62,693 bases of DNA from a bacterium (GTDB lineage Bacteria; Bacillota; Limnochordia; DTU080; RSA5). This document shows, piece after piece, positions 35,378 to 43,638 of this stretch. The notes under the pieces were generated by a model. The model did no database searches and had not been told where the DNA came from. It worked only from the letters and a program-made list of their open reading frames with translations. The stretch is taken from NCBI GenBank assembly GCA_002919195.1, contig PKEU01000188.1, positions 1-62,693 on the forward strand. Reading direction: 5' to 3'. The first letter of the stretch is position 1. Every line of letters starts with the position of its first letter. The position numbers and the translations under genes are program-made.

Positions 35378-36237
35378 CGCGACGTCTCCTCGCCCGCGCC
35401 GTCGCTAAAACCTCCCCTGGCAAGCTCGGCGCCTGCGGCCCACGTGTACGGGAAAGGCGCACTCCTCCAGCCGTCGCCGTACACCTCGGCCACGACGCGA
35501 AGGGGCTCCGGCTCGGCCGGGAAACTTGCCCGCGCCCTGAAGGTTCGGACCGCCCCCGGCAAGACCCGCTGCTCGGGAAGCAGGAGCTGCCCCAGATCGT
35601 CCCCGTCGCTGCCGGTCAGCCTCACCCGGCCCCGCACCCAGTCGTGGACGTTCCCCACGTTGCGCACGGTGACGTCGACCTCGAAGTCGTGGCCATCCTC
35701 CCCCGGAAAGACGCGCACGCTTTCGACGACAAAGTCTGGACGCCGCTCCTCACGGGTGGAGGTGTACGTCAACAGCAGCGGAATCGCGAGCCTCGTCACC
35801 GAGCGCACCATCGACGACGGAAGCGACTCCTTCTCATCGAGCGGGTGAACCTCCGCGAAGATGACCGGGTACGCAGCTACCGCTCCAGGAACCGCCGGCA
35901 GCTCCAAGGAGAGTGACCGCATCGCTCCAGGACCCAGAGTGACACGGCTCGAGCCCAATCGCACCAGCGCTGCGCTCTGTTTCATCGCCTGTGGGTCGTC
36001 GAAGTAGAGCGGCGCGCCGTCCTCCTCGTGCCCGCCCATTCCGGTGGAAAAGCGTAGCTCGACCGGTTGTTCGCCCCGGTTGAAAAGAGTCAACCACGCC
36101 TTGGAACCCCCAGGTTCCACCTCCACCTCAAGGCGCGCCGGAGAAATGACCACGCTCACGGCGACCGCGTTCATCGTCAAGCCGATGAACACCGCGACCA
36201 GAACGACGACAACTTGAAACCAGCGACGCCTTTTCAA
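35374..36237 (-). CDS. Secreted two-domain beta-sandwich protein, periplasmic chaperone-like (function unknown)
   Basis: Signal peptide MKRRRWFQVVVVLVAVFIGLTMNAVA. Domain 1 is VVISPARLEVEVEPGGSKAWLTLFNRGEQPVELRF... Domain 2 is DFVVESVRVFPGEDGHDFEVDVTVRNVGNVHDWVRGRVRL... There are 4-nt overlaps with both neighbours. Confidence 0.55.
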   Translation of the reverse strand: MKRRRWFQVVVVLVAVFIGLTMNAVAVSVVISPARLEVEVEPGGSKAWLTLFNRGEQPVELRFSTGMGGHEEDGAPLYFDDPQAMKQSAALVRLGSSRVTLGPGAMRSLSLELPAVPGAVAAYPVIFAEVHPLDEKESLPSSMVRSVTRLAIPLLLTYTSTREERRPDFVVESVRVFPGEDGHDFEVDVTVRNVGNVHDWVRGRVRLTGSDGDDLGQLLLPEQRVLPGAVRTFRARASFPAEPEPLRVVAEVYGDGWRSAPFPYTWAAGAELARGGFSDGAGEETSR

Positions 36238-36854
36238 TACCCGACACCTGCCGTATACGTGAGAACAATGCGGTACTCCCGGCCGGGCGGCAGGGCGGTA
36301 GCGTCAAAATCGGGAGTGACGCGGAGGAGAAAACCCCGGGTCACGCCGTCTTCTCCCGTAGGAGGTTGATTAGAAAAGATCGCTGTCGGAGATGCACTTA
36401 CGGGAGTCCAAGGCCCGCCCATGTTAGTTGCCCACTCAAGTGGACCAACTCTCCTGCCATCTGCCACGTATTCTCTGGCGTTGGTGTCATACTCACGTAG
36501 CGTTCCATCGTTCGAATCGGAGGTGACTTGTACACCCCACGGCGCGTTGGCTTTTACTGAGATGTTCAAGATTGTTGACACCACCGGCACCCCAGGGATT
36601 GCGTCATTGCCAAGGGATAACACTGCTGGCGGCCAGGAGACAACCTCGATCGCCTCGGCGATGCTAAAGGTAACTGTTGTTTGTCCTGTCTCGACGCTCG
36701 CTGCCCACGCGACGGAGGTCCCAACCGCGAAGAACGCAAGAAACAGGGTGAACATCGCGGTCGTCCATGCTCTTGTCGCTCCACGGCCACTCCACCAGAT
36801 CCAGCGACACCTCGTGCAATTTGATTTGATCGCAAATCCCTTAAAATCCGACAA
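36234..36854 (-). CDS. Secreted ~20-kDa beta-rich subunit-like protein (pilin/WxL/SCPU-like pattern, unassigned)
   Basis: AAGGAGG SD, 7 nt, then TTG at 36854. Signal peptide ...TAMFTLFLAFFAVGTSVAWA-AS. The mature part is beta-rich and ends PPGREYRIVLTYTAGVGY. An alternative ATG lies at 36875. Confidence 0.55.
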   Translation of the reverse strand: MSDFKGFAIKSNCTRCRWIWWSGRGATRAWTTAMFTLFLAFFAVGTSVAWAASVETGQTTVTFSIAEAIEVVSWPPAVLSLGNDAIPGVPVVSTILNISVKANAPWGVQVTSDSNDGTLREYDTNAREYVADGRRVGPLEWATNMGGPWTPVSASPTAIFSNQPPTGEDGVTRGFLLRVTPDFDATALPPGREYRIVLTYTAGVGY

Positions 36855-37023
36855 CCTCGTACCTCCTTGCTGCATTAGTGGTTAACTTATCCTCTACTAT
36901 CTGATAATAATGGAGCCAAGATGTTTATGATGTCGAATTTTGTCGATAACAATATCTAAACCGCGGAAACTTCCGCGCGAGGGTAAGCTCGAAAATTGCA
37001 GTTCAAAGATTCAAATCGAAGCC

Positions 37024-37066
37024 CAAAACAAAAAGCCCGGCCCACCACACTGGGTGAAGCCGGGTT
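37024..37066 (-). terminator. Intrinsic terminator downstream of metK
   Basis: The minus strand reads CCCGGC-TT-CACC-cagtgt-GGTG-G-GCCGGG followed by CTTTTTGTTTTG, about 100 nt after the metK stop. Confidence 0.65.
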
Positions 37067-37166
37067 AAACCGAGGTAAGCCAGGCTAAACTTTGCGCCGG
37101 GATGCGATCCAGCGCCTCGGCGAAACCACAGCCGCGCGCCGCCACCTTGGCCGGCGCCGGCCGCAC

Positions 37167-38375
37167 TTACCGTACCAGATTGAGTCCGGCGATCCTGCGC
37201 TTGAGTTCTTCGACTTTATCCGTCCGTTCCCATGGTAGGTCCAGGTCAGTCCGGCCAAAGTGGCCGTAGGCCGCAACTTGGCGGTAGATAGGCCGGCGAA
37301 GCTGCAGCTGTTCGATGATCGCCGCCGGGCGCAGGTCAAACACTTCCCGGACAACCGCGGAGAGCGTATCATCGTCGACGACGCCCGTCCCAAAGGTGTC
37401 GACGGAAAACGAAACAGGGCGAGCCACGCCGATGGCGTAGGCGACTTGCACCTCGCACCGGTCGGCAAGGCCGGCCGCGACGATGTTTTTCGCCACATAC
37501 CGGGCGGCGTAGGCGCCGGAGCGATCGACCTTAGTCGGGTCTTTCCCCGAAAAGGCACCGCCGCCGTGGCGGCCCATGCCGCCGTAGGTGTCGGCGATGA
37601 TCTTGCGCCCGGTCAGCCCCGCGTCGGCCGCCGGACCGCCGACGACAAACCGGCCCGTGGGATTGACGAGATACCGGGTGCGGTCGTCGATCAGCTCCTC
37701 CGGGACGACGGGGAGCACCACTTCCCGAATCACGTCGCGGTGGATCTGTTCCGCCTCCACGTCGGGGGCGTGCTGCGTCGAGACCACGATGGTGTCGAGC
37801 CGCACAACTTCATATCCCCTGTACTCCACCGTCACCTGGGTCTTGCCGTCAGGGCGGAGGTAGGGCAAGATGCCCTCCTTGCGGACTTGTGCCAGTCTCC
37901 GGGCCAGCCGGTGCGCGAGGGCGATCGGCAGCGGCATCAACTCGGGCGTCTCTCGGCAGGCATAGCCAAACATCAGCCCCTGGTCGCCGGCGCCCACACG
38001 GTCGTAAGGATCTCCGCCTTCCGCCTCCAAGGCCCTGTCAACGCCGCGCGCGATGTCGGGCGACTGCTGATTGATCGCCGTGAGCACCGCGCAGCTCCTG
38101 GCATCTAGCCCATACTCCGGGTGCACATAGCCGATTTCCTCGATCACCCGGCGGGCGACCTGGGCCACGTCGACCTTGGCGCTGGTTGTGATTTCCCCCA
38201 TAAGAAAGACGAGACCAGGGCTTAGAGCCGTCTCGCAAGCGACCCTGGCGTAAGGGTCCTGCTCGTAAATGGCGTCGAGGACGCCATCGGATATTTGATC
38301 GCACACTTTATCGGGGTGGCCTTCGGTCACCGATTCGGACGTAAACAGATAGCGTCGCTCGCCGCCGGAAGACAT
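37167..38375 (-). CDS. metK: S-adenosylmethionine synthase
   Basis: [20 protein letters not shown]...[12 protein letters not shown]...[19 protein letters not shown], full length at 402 aa. Confidence 0.95.
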   Translation of the reverse strand: MSSGGERRYLFTSESVTEGHPDKVCDQISDGVLDAIYEQDPYARVACETALSPGLVFLMGEITTSAKVDVAQVARRVIEEIGYVHPEYGLDARSCAVLTAINQQSPDIARGVDRALEAEGGDPYDRVGAGDQGLMFGYACRETPELMPLPIALAHRLARRLAQVRKEGILPYLRPDGKTQVTVEYRGYEVVRLDTIVVSTQHAPDVEAEQIHRDVIREVVLPVVPEELIDDRTRYLVNPTGRFVVGGPAADAGLTGRKIIADTYGGMGRHGGGAFSGKDPTKVDRSGAYAARYVAKNIVAAGLADRCEVQVAYAIGVARPVSFSVDTFGTGVVDDDTLSAVVREVFDLRPAAIIEQLQLRRPIYRQVAAYGHFGRTDLDLPWERTDKVEELKRRIAGLNLVR

Positions 38376-38515
38376 GGGCTCTAACCCCTTTCTATATCGA
38401 GATTTTTTCCGACATCGATCCTAGGGCGCGCAGCGACCCCGACCTTCGCCGCCTTCACGCGTCCACGTCGGGAAAAAACCGGGTCGTCATGCTATTACGC
38501 ATCAAAATCCATCCT

Positions 38516-38545
38516 ATCCTACCACTCTCCTACGGTCACTGTCAA
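38516..38545 (-). promoter_or_regulatory. Candidate sigma-A type promoter for metK (TTGACA-18 nt-TAGGAT)
   Basis: The minus strand reads cgaaTTGACAgtgaccgtaggagagtggTAGGATagg, about 140 nt upstream of the metK ATG. The spacer is one nt long and the -10 is imperfect. Confidence 0.3.
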
Positions 38546-38610
38546 TTCGGGGGAATGTCGGACGCCGCCGCTCCATATAGTCCCAATAGCCCGCGATGTG
38601 AGGTGCTCCG

Positions 38611-39234
38611 TTGCTATCGTCTTCTTTCGTTTCAGTCGTCGTTCCATGGCGCCGGCTCCGGGTGTTTTTGGTCGCTCTTGCCGCGGTGGCGCTTTTTTTC
38701 GGCCTGTGGCTTACCCGGCCCGCGCCCTATCCCGGTCCGGCGGCCCACGTCGTCGCCCAAGAGGCGCCGGACCAAACCGCGTCGCTGGACCAGCCTGCGC
38801 CGGACTTTACGCTCCCTGATCTCGACGGCAGCCCCGTCTCGCTCTCGTCCTTTGCGGGCCGCCCGGTGATCGTCTATTTTTGGGCCACTTGGTGCCATTA
38901 CTGCGTCCCGTCGATGCAGGAGCTCCAGGCGATCCGGGCGCAGTATCGCGACCAAGGCTTGGAAGTGCTGGCCGTCAACATTTTAGAAAACAAAGAGAGA
39001 GTGAACGCACACGTACGGCGTCACAACCTCGCTCTCCCGGTCTTGCTGGACCAAACCGCCTTGGTCACCCGGCTCTACGGAGTGCGGGCCACCCCGACGT
39101 ACTACCTCATCGACCGGGACGGAACCGTGCGCGCCATCATCGTCGGCGCGGCCCGCCCCGGCGTGCTCCAAGACCGCCTGGAAACCCTGTTTTTCACGCC
39201 TTCTCCCGGCGCATCCCAACAGGAAACCCAATAG
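38611..39234 (+). CDS. TlpA/ResA-like membrane-anchored thiol-disulfide oxidoreductase
   Basis: N-terminal TM anchor, then APDFTLPDLDGSPVSLSSFAGRPVIVYFWATWCHYCVPSMQEL (CxxC thioredoxin fold). A TTG start follows GAGGTG. Confidence 0.8.
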   Translation: MLSSSFVSVVVPWRRLRVFLVALAAVALFFGLWLTRPAPYPGPAAHVVAQEAPDQTASLDQPAPDFTLPDLDGSPVSLSSFAGRPVIVYFWATWCHYCVPSMQELQAIRAQYRDQGLEVLAVNILENKERVNAHVRRHNLALPVLLDQTALVTRLYGVRATPTYYLIDRDGTVRAIIVGAARPGVLQDRLETLFFTPSPGASQQETQ

Positions 39235-39292
39235 CCCGCGTCCAACCCCCATCCAACGGGGATTATGTGCTTACAGCAAACTTTCAGGGGGC

Positions 39293-39781
39293 TTGGACGT
39301 GTTTGAAATCAGGACCCGCCGCGTCGAGATCAACGGGCGGGAACACGACTTCTATTACCTGCCGCACCCCGGAGCAGTGGCCATCGCCGCCGTCCAAGAC
39401 GGGGCGATCGCCCTCATCCGCCAGCTTCGCCCCAGCATCGAGCAAAGGATCTGGGAAGTGCCCGCCGGCACCCTTGAGCCTGGCGAAGACCCGGCGGTCT
39501 GCGCCGCGAGGGAATTGGCCGAAGAGACGGGCTACCGGGCGAAAAAGCTTTCGCACCTGCTCTCCTTTTACGTCGCGCCCGGTTACAGCACCGAATACCT
39601 CCACCTGTTTCTCGCGCAGGAACTCACCCCGGGCGAGCAGTCGCTGGACGAGAGCGAGAGTATCGACGAGGTCGCTTGGATCCCTTTGGACGAAGCTCGC
39701 CAGATGATCCGGGACGGACGGATCGTCGACGCCAAGAGCATCATCGCGATCCAGTGCGTCCATCAATGGAACATAGCATGA
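39293..39781 (+). CDS. NUDIX hydrolase, ADP-ribose pyrophosphatase-like
   Basis: Nudix box GTLEPGEDPAVCAARELAEETGY and NudF-like overall layout. The start is uncertain (TTG 39293 or GTG 39299). Confidence 0.75.
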   Translation: MDVFEIRTRRVEINGREHDFYYLPHPGAVAIAAVQDGAIALIRQLRPSIEQRIWEVPAGTLEPGEDPAVCAARELAEETGYRAKKLSHLLSFYVAPGYSTEYLHLFLAQELTPGEQSLDESESIDEVAWIPLDEARQMIRDGRIVDAKSIIAIQCVHQWNIA

Positions 39782-39910
39782 CCAAATATCCCCCAAGTTG
39801 GAACTTTCCTGCGAGAGGACGAGCTGGTAAAGCCGTAGAATTAGGCTTGCATCTTCACGGGGGCAACTGTCCGGGGCGGCCCCAATGGGGGGACACGCGG
39901 AGGGATTCGG

Positions 39911-40957
39911 ATGAAGGTGCACAAGCTGTTTCATCCAGTGGCCACGCTCATTGTGTGCTTGGCCTTGGCGGCGACGCCTGCGGCCGCCCAAGGGTTTGGC
40001 GCCCGGGCCTACGGCATGGGAGGCGCTTACACGGCTGTCGCCGACGACGTCGCTTCCCTTCTCTACAACCCTGCCGGTCTTACGGCTAGCAGCTTCGAAG
40101 CCACGTTGGGGATCGGCAGCAACGACTTCGGTGAGCTCACCAAGTTCCAAAAGATCCTCCAAAAGGATTATCCTGACGATCTTAACCTCGGCCTCAACGT
40201 GCTGGGCGGCGTGTCGCTCGGCAACTACGGCGGCGCCGTCGCGGTCGATGGCTCGGCCCGCGCCATGGGCGACTGCGAGGGCGGGCCGGAGTTTTGCGCC
40301 GACGCGGACTACATGATCCGCTACGTGGTGGGCGCGGGGTTCCAGGCCGCAGGCCTGCCTCTGGATCTAGCGGACCTCAACCTCGGCGCCAGCATCAGCC
40401 TCCTCGGCGGGCGCCGGCTCTCGCACACCCGTACCAACCTCGACGCCGCGACCTATTGGGGCGAGACGGTGGATCAACGGGCGAAAGGGTACGCGCTGAA
40501 CTTGGGCGCCCGGTTTAAGGCGACCGATATCGTGACGGTTGGGCTCGTGGCAGAAAACGTGCTTTCGTCGCTCACGTGGGAGGGCACGCGCACCGAAGGC
40601 ATCTACACCTACGCCGGCGACGAGCCGGTCGGCTCTCCGGCCGAGACTTCGCTGGACACCGTCAAGGAGCGGCTTGACACCGTCTACCGGGCTGGTGTCG
40701 CCATCGAGCCGCCCATGCTGGGCGCGACGATCGCCGCGGATGTCGCGAGCGACGGCAGCCTGCGCTTTGGCGTCGAAAAGAGCTTCCTGCTCAACCGCCT
40801 GGCTGTGCGGGCCGGCCATGCGGTCCAGGACGACGTGCGCACGACCACCGTGGGCCTCGGCTTCAATTTTGGGCCCGTGCGTGTGGACCTCGCGGCGGGA
40901 TCGTCCGACGGCTTTGAGACGGTGAACACGATGCTGGAGGGTTCCGTCCGCTTCTGA
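39911..40957 (+). CDS. Outer-membrane beta-barrel protein with a FadL/TodX-like N-terminal motif
   Basis: GGAGGG SD. Signal peptide ...CLALAATPAAAQ. GFGARAYGMGGAYTAVADDVASLLYNPAGL resembles the FadL family hatch motif (E. coli FadL: [26 protein letters not shown], from memory). C-terminal beta-signal ...MLEGSVRF. Confidence 0.6.
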   Translation: MKVHKLFHPVATLIVCLALAATPAAAQGFGARAYGMGGAYTAVADDVASLLYNPAGLTASSFEATLGIGSNDFGELTKFQKILQKDYPDDLNLGLNVLGGVSLGNYGGAVAVDGSARAMGDCEGGPEFCADADYMIRYVVGAGFQAAGLPLDLADLNLGASISLLGGRRLSHTRTNLDAATYWGETVDQRAKGYALNLGARFKATDIVTVGLVAENVLSSLTWEGTRTEGIYTYAGDEPVGSPAETSLDTVKERLDTVYRAGVAIEPPMLGATIAADVASDGSLRFGVEKSFLLNRLAVRAGHAVQDDVRTTTVGLGFNFGPVRVDLAAGSSDGFETVNTMLEGSVRF

Positions 40958-40970
40958 ACGCGCTGAAGCA

Positions 40971-40999
40971 CCCCGGGGCTCAAAAACCCCGGGGTTTTT
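40971..40999 (+). terminator. Intrinsic terminator after the OMP gene
   Basis: CCCCGGGG-ctcaaaaa-CCCCGGGG followed by TTTTT, 14 nt after the stop. Confidence 0.8.
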
Positions 41000-41193
41000 C
41001 GTGGTCCCCAAGACCGCAGCGCTGCATAAAAAACATGGTAGCAAAACGCAGAAAGGACCGGCCCGGCGCCGCGAGGAAAATCCTCGTGGAAACCGGGCCT
41101 GCCTTGCGTTTTCCAGTTGCACTCCAGCGAAAATCTGGTAGGGTAAACTTATGAGAGCACACGATCGCCAACAATTCAGGGAGGACGGACAAG

Positions 41194-42390
41194 TTGAAGC
41201 TTGCACAGCGGTGTAGTTGGATTGCGCCTTCCGCGACGATGGCCATGGACACGGCGGCCAAAGAGATGGCCCGCCAGGGGATCGATGTCATCAGCTTTGG
41301 CGTCGGCGAGCCCGATTTCGACACGCCCGAAAACGTCAAAGAAGCGGCCATCAAAGCCATGAAAGAAGGGCGCACCAAATACACCCCGGCAAGCGGGATC
41401 CACGAGCTCAAGGTGGCGATCCAGCAAAAGCTCGCCCGGGATAATAACCTGGAGTACGGCATCGACCAGATCGCCGTCACCGTGGGTGCCAAACACGCCC
41501 TGTACAACATCACGCAAGTCCTTTGCGACCCCGGCGACGAAGTGATCGTCCCCGCTCCCTACTGGGTGAGCTACGTGGAGCAGGTGCGGGTGACCGGCGC
41601 GACGCCCGTCGTCATTGAGACCACGCAGGAAAACGGCTTCCGCGTGACGCCGGAGCAGCTTCGAGAAGCCATCACGCCCCGCACCAAAGCGATCATGCTC
41701 AATTCGCCCTCCAACCCCACCGGCGCTGTCTACCGGCGGGAGCATTTGGAGCCCATCGCCGAGATTGCGGTCGAAAAGGGGATCGTGGTCGTCAGCGACG
41801 AGATCTACGAGCCCTTTATCTACGGCGGCGCCAAACATGTCTCCATCGCGGAGCTGGGCCCTGAAATCAAGGCGCTCACCCTCCTCGTGCACGGCGTCTC
41901 CAAGAGCCACGCCATGACGGGCTGGCGCATCGGTTATGTCGCCGGCGACGCTCGGGTGATCAAAGCGATCACGAGCCTGCAAAGCCACAGTACGTCCAAC
42001 CCCGTGTCGATCGCCCAGTGGGCGGCCGTCGAAGCCCTCACCGGATCGCAGGAGCCCGTCAAGCAGATGGTGGCCGAGTTTGCCAAGCGGCGGGAGTACC
42101 TGGTGGAGCGCCTGCGCGCCCTGCCGGGCGTCGAGTGCCCCATGCCCGAAGGCGCCTTTTATGTCTTTCCCCGGATCAGCGCGGCCTTTGGCAAGAGCTA
42201 CAACGGACGCGTCATCCAATCCTCGATGGACCTTTGCCAACTCCTCTTGGAGGAGGCCCACGTCTCGGTGGTGCCGGGCAGCGCCTTTGGCGCCGAGGGG
42301 TATATGCGGATTTCCTATGCGACGTCCATGGCCAACCTGGAAAAGGGCATGGACCGCATCGAGCGGATTTGGCGGGCGCTGGTAGGATGA
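41194..42390 (+). CDS. Pyridoxal-phosphate-dependent aspartate aminotransferase (class I)
   Basis: DVISFGVGEPDFDTPENVKEAAIKAM...YTPASGI...NSPSNPTG...VSKSHAMTGWRIGY (PLP lysine). A TTG start follows GGGAGGA. Confidence 0.85.
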   Translation: MKLAQRCSWIAPSATMAMDTAAKEMARQGIDVISFGVGEPDFDTPENVKEAAIKAMKEGRTKYTPASGIHELKVAIQQKLARDNNLEYGIDQIAVTVGAKHALYNITQVLCDPGDEVIVPAPYWVSYVEQVRVTGATPVVIETTQENGFRVTPEQLREAITPRTKAIMLNSPSNPTGAVYRREHLEPIAEIAVEKGIVVVSDEIYEPFIYGGAKHVSIAELGPEIKALTLLVHGVSKSHAMTGWRIGYVAGDARVIKAITSLQSHSTSNPVSIAQWAAVEALTGSQEPVKQMVAEFAKRREYLVERLRALPGVECPMPEGAFYVFPRISAAFGKSYNGRVIQSSMDLCQLLLEEAHVSVVPGSAFGAEGYMRISYATSMANLEKGMDRIERIWRALVG

Positions 42391-42530
42391 ATGCCCAGAC
42401 GAAAGCCACACCCTTGGAAAGGACGGATCGACTCGTGGAAAAACCGCCTCTTGTTCCCTTCCTGATCGCCGCTGCCGCCCTGGTGATCGTCGGCGCGATC
42501 AGGATGGCCTTTTTCGTGCCGGCGCACTAA
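42387..42530 (+). CDS. Candidate 47-aa single-pass membrane micro-protein
   Basis: Its ATG overlaps the aminotransferase TGA (ATGA). Sequence MNAQTKATPLERTDRLVEKPPLVPFLIAAAALVIVGAIRMAFFVPAH has one clear TM helix. Third codon positions are GC-rich. A hairpin follows at 42537. Confidence 0.35.
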   Translation: MNAQTKATPLERTDRLVEKPPLVPFLIAAAALVIVGAIRMAFFVPAH

Positions 42531-42536
42531 AGTGAA

Positions 42537-42562
42537 ACGACCCCAGCTTTGGCTGGGGTCGT
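42537..42562. terminator. Perfect 11-bp hairpin between convergent genes
   Basis: ACGACCCCAGC-tttg-GCTGGGGTCGT. On the minus strand it is followed by TTTCACTTT, downstream of the zinc-ribbon gene. On the plus strand it follows the micro-ORF/aminotransferase. Confidence 0.6.
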
Positions 42563-42624
42563 CGTGTCTTCAAAAGCAGGCGCGGGCGATCGCCCGCTCG
42601 AAATTTGAGGTACAGCGGAGGAAG

Positions 42625-42861
42625 TCAATCGTCCGAGCTGGAAGCCGAGCCGCTCTCGGCCTTGGCGGCCTTTTCGTATTCGGCAGAGCGGTTGTCGGTC
42701 GCATAAAAGCCCGATCCCTTAAAGATAATGTTGACGTTGTTGCTGATCAAACGCTTAACCGGTCCACCGCACGTGGGGCAGGATGCGAGGGGATCGTCGG
42801 TGATGCTCTGCCACTGCTCGAATTTGCCGCAGCGTTCGCACTTATACTCGTAGGTAGGCAC
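42625..42861 (-). CDS. FmdB-family putative regulatory zinc-ribbon protein
   Basis: (M)[39 protein letters not shown] is the canonical CxxC...CxxC FmdB motif. A GTG start at 42861 follows GGAGGGAGGGAAAGG. Confidence 0.85.
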   Translation of the reverse strand: MPTYEYKCERCGKFEQWQSITDDPLASCPTCGGPVKRLISNNVNIIFKGSGFYATDNRSAEYEKAAKAESGSASSSDD

Positions 42862-42960
42862 GCCTTTCCCTCCCTCCAACCGTATTGGCGCCGGCACTGA
42901 GAAAATCAATGATTATGATAGCCGCCCCGCTCTGGGCGTGTCAAGAAAGGGTCCCATGCT

Positions 42961-43638
42961 ATGATTCCACTCCGAGACAGCGTCCGTTCCCGCTCGCGGC
43001 CTTGGGTCATGTACGCGCTCCTCGTCATCAACGCGCTGGTGTTCCGGTACGAGCTCAGCTTGGGCAGGAGCGTCATCAACTTCTTTTACGAGTACGGCCT
43101 CATCGCTTGGGAGTTTTGGCAGGCCCAGAGCTTGGTCGACCGGGTCGTTCCGCTGATCACGTCGATGTTTATCCATGTGGGATGGGTGCATTTCCTCGGC
43201 AACATGCTCTATCTGTGGGTGTTTGGCGACAACGTGGAAGACCGGATGGGCCGGCTGCGCTTCCTCGCCTTTTACCTCATCTGCGGCGCTGCGGCCGCGG
43301 TGGCCCAGATGATCGTCAACCCCTTTTCCCGGGTGCCGATGATCGGCGCCAGCGGGGCGATCGCCGGCGTCTTAGGCGCGTATTTGCGGCTGTTTCCCGG
43401 CGCCCGCATCCTGGCGCTCGTCCCCTATTTCTTCTTTTTGCACCTGGCGGAGGTGCCGGCCGTCATCTTTCTCGTCTTTTGGTTCCTCATCCAGCTCGCG
43501 CAAGGGGCCCTCGCCCTCGTCGCCATGCCGGCGGGCGGCCCTGCCTTTTGGGCACACATCGGCGGCTTTGTCGCCGGCTTCATCCTTGCGCCCCACTTTC
43601 GCAAGAAACCTACCATCGAGGTGCTGCCGCCGTGGTGA
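42961..43638 (+). CDS. Rhomboid family intramembrane serine protease
   Basis: HVGWVHFLGNMLYLWVFG, GASGAIAGVLGAY (catalytic Ser) and a later His (FWAHIGGF), with six or more TM helices. Confidence 0.85.
   Translation: MIPLRDSVRSRSRPWVMYALLVINALVFRYELSLGRSVINFFYEYGLIAWEFWQAQSLVDRVVPLITSMFIHVGWVHFLGNMLYLWVFGDNVEDRMGRLRFLAFYLICGAAAAVAQMIVNPFSRVPMIGASGAIAGVLGAYLRLFPGARILALVPYFFFLHLAEVPAVIFLVFWFLIQLAQGALALVAMPAGGPAFWAHIGGFVAGFILAPHFRKKPTIEVLPPW

Noticed and set aside
38376-38545. Canonical SAM-I (S-box) riboswitch upstream of metK
   Set aside because: I looked for the conserved S-box core and the kink-turn/pseudoknot segments on the minus strand and did not find them. Only a generic long-range helix is present, and that is reported separately as low-confidence.
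41176-42411. 411-aa minus-strand ORF
   Set aside because: It is antisense to the aspartate aminotransferase, which has a PLP-lysine motif and good GC3 bias.
42885-43634. N-terminal 250 aa of the long ORF 42885..44390
   Set aside because: This part overlaps the rhomboid gene in another frame and is Arg/Pro/Gly-rich. The ABC ATPase homology begins only after the GTG at 43632/43635.
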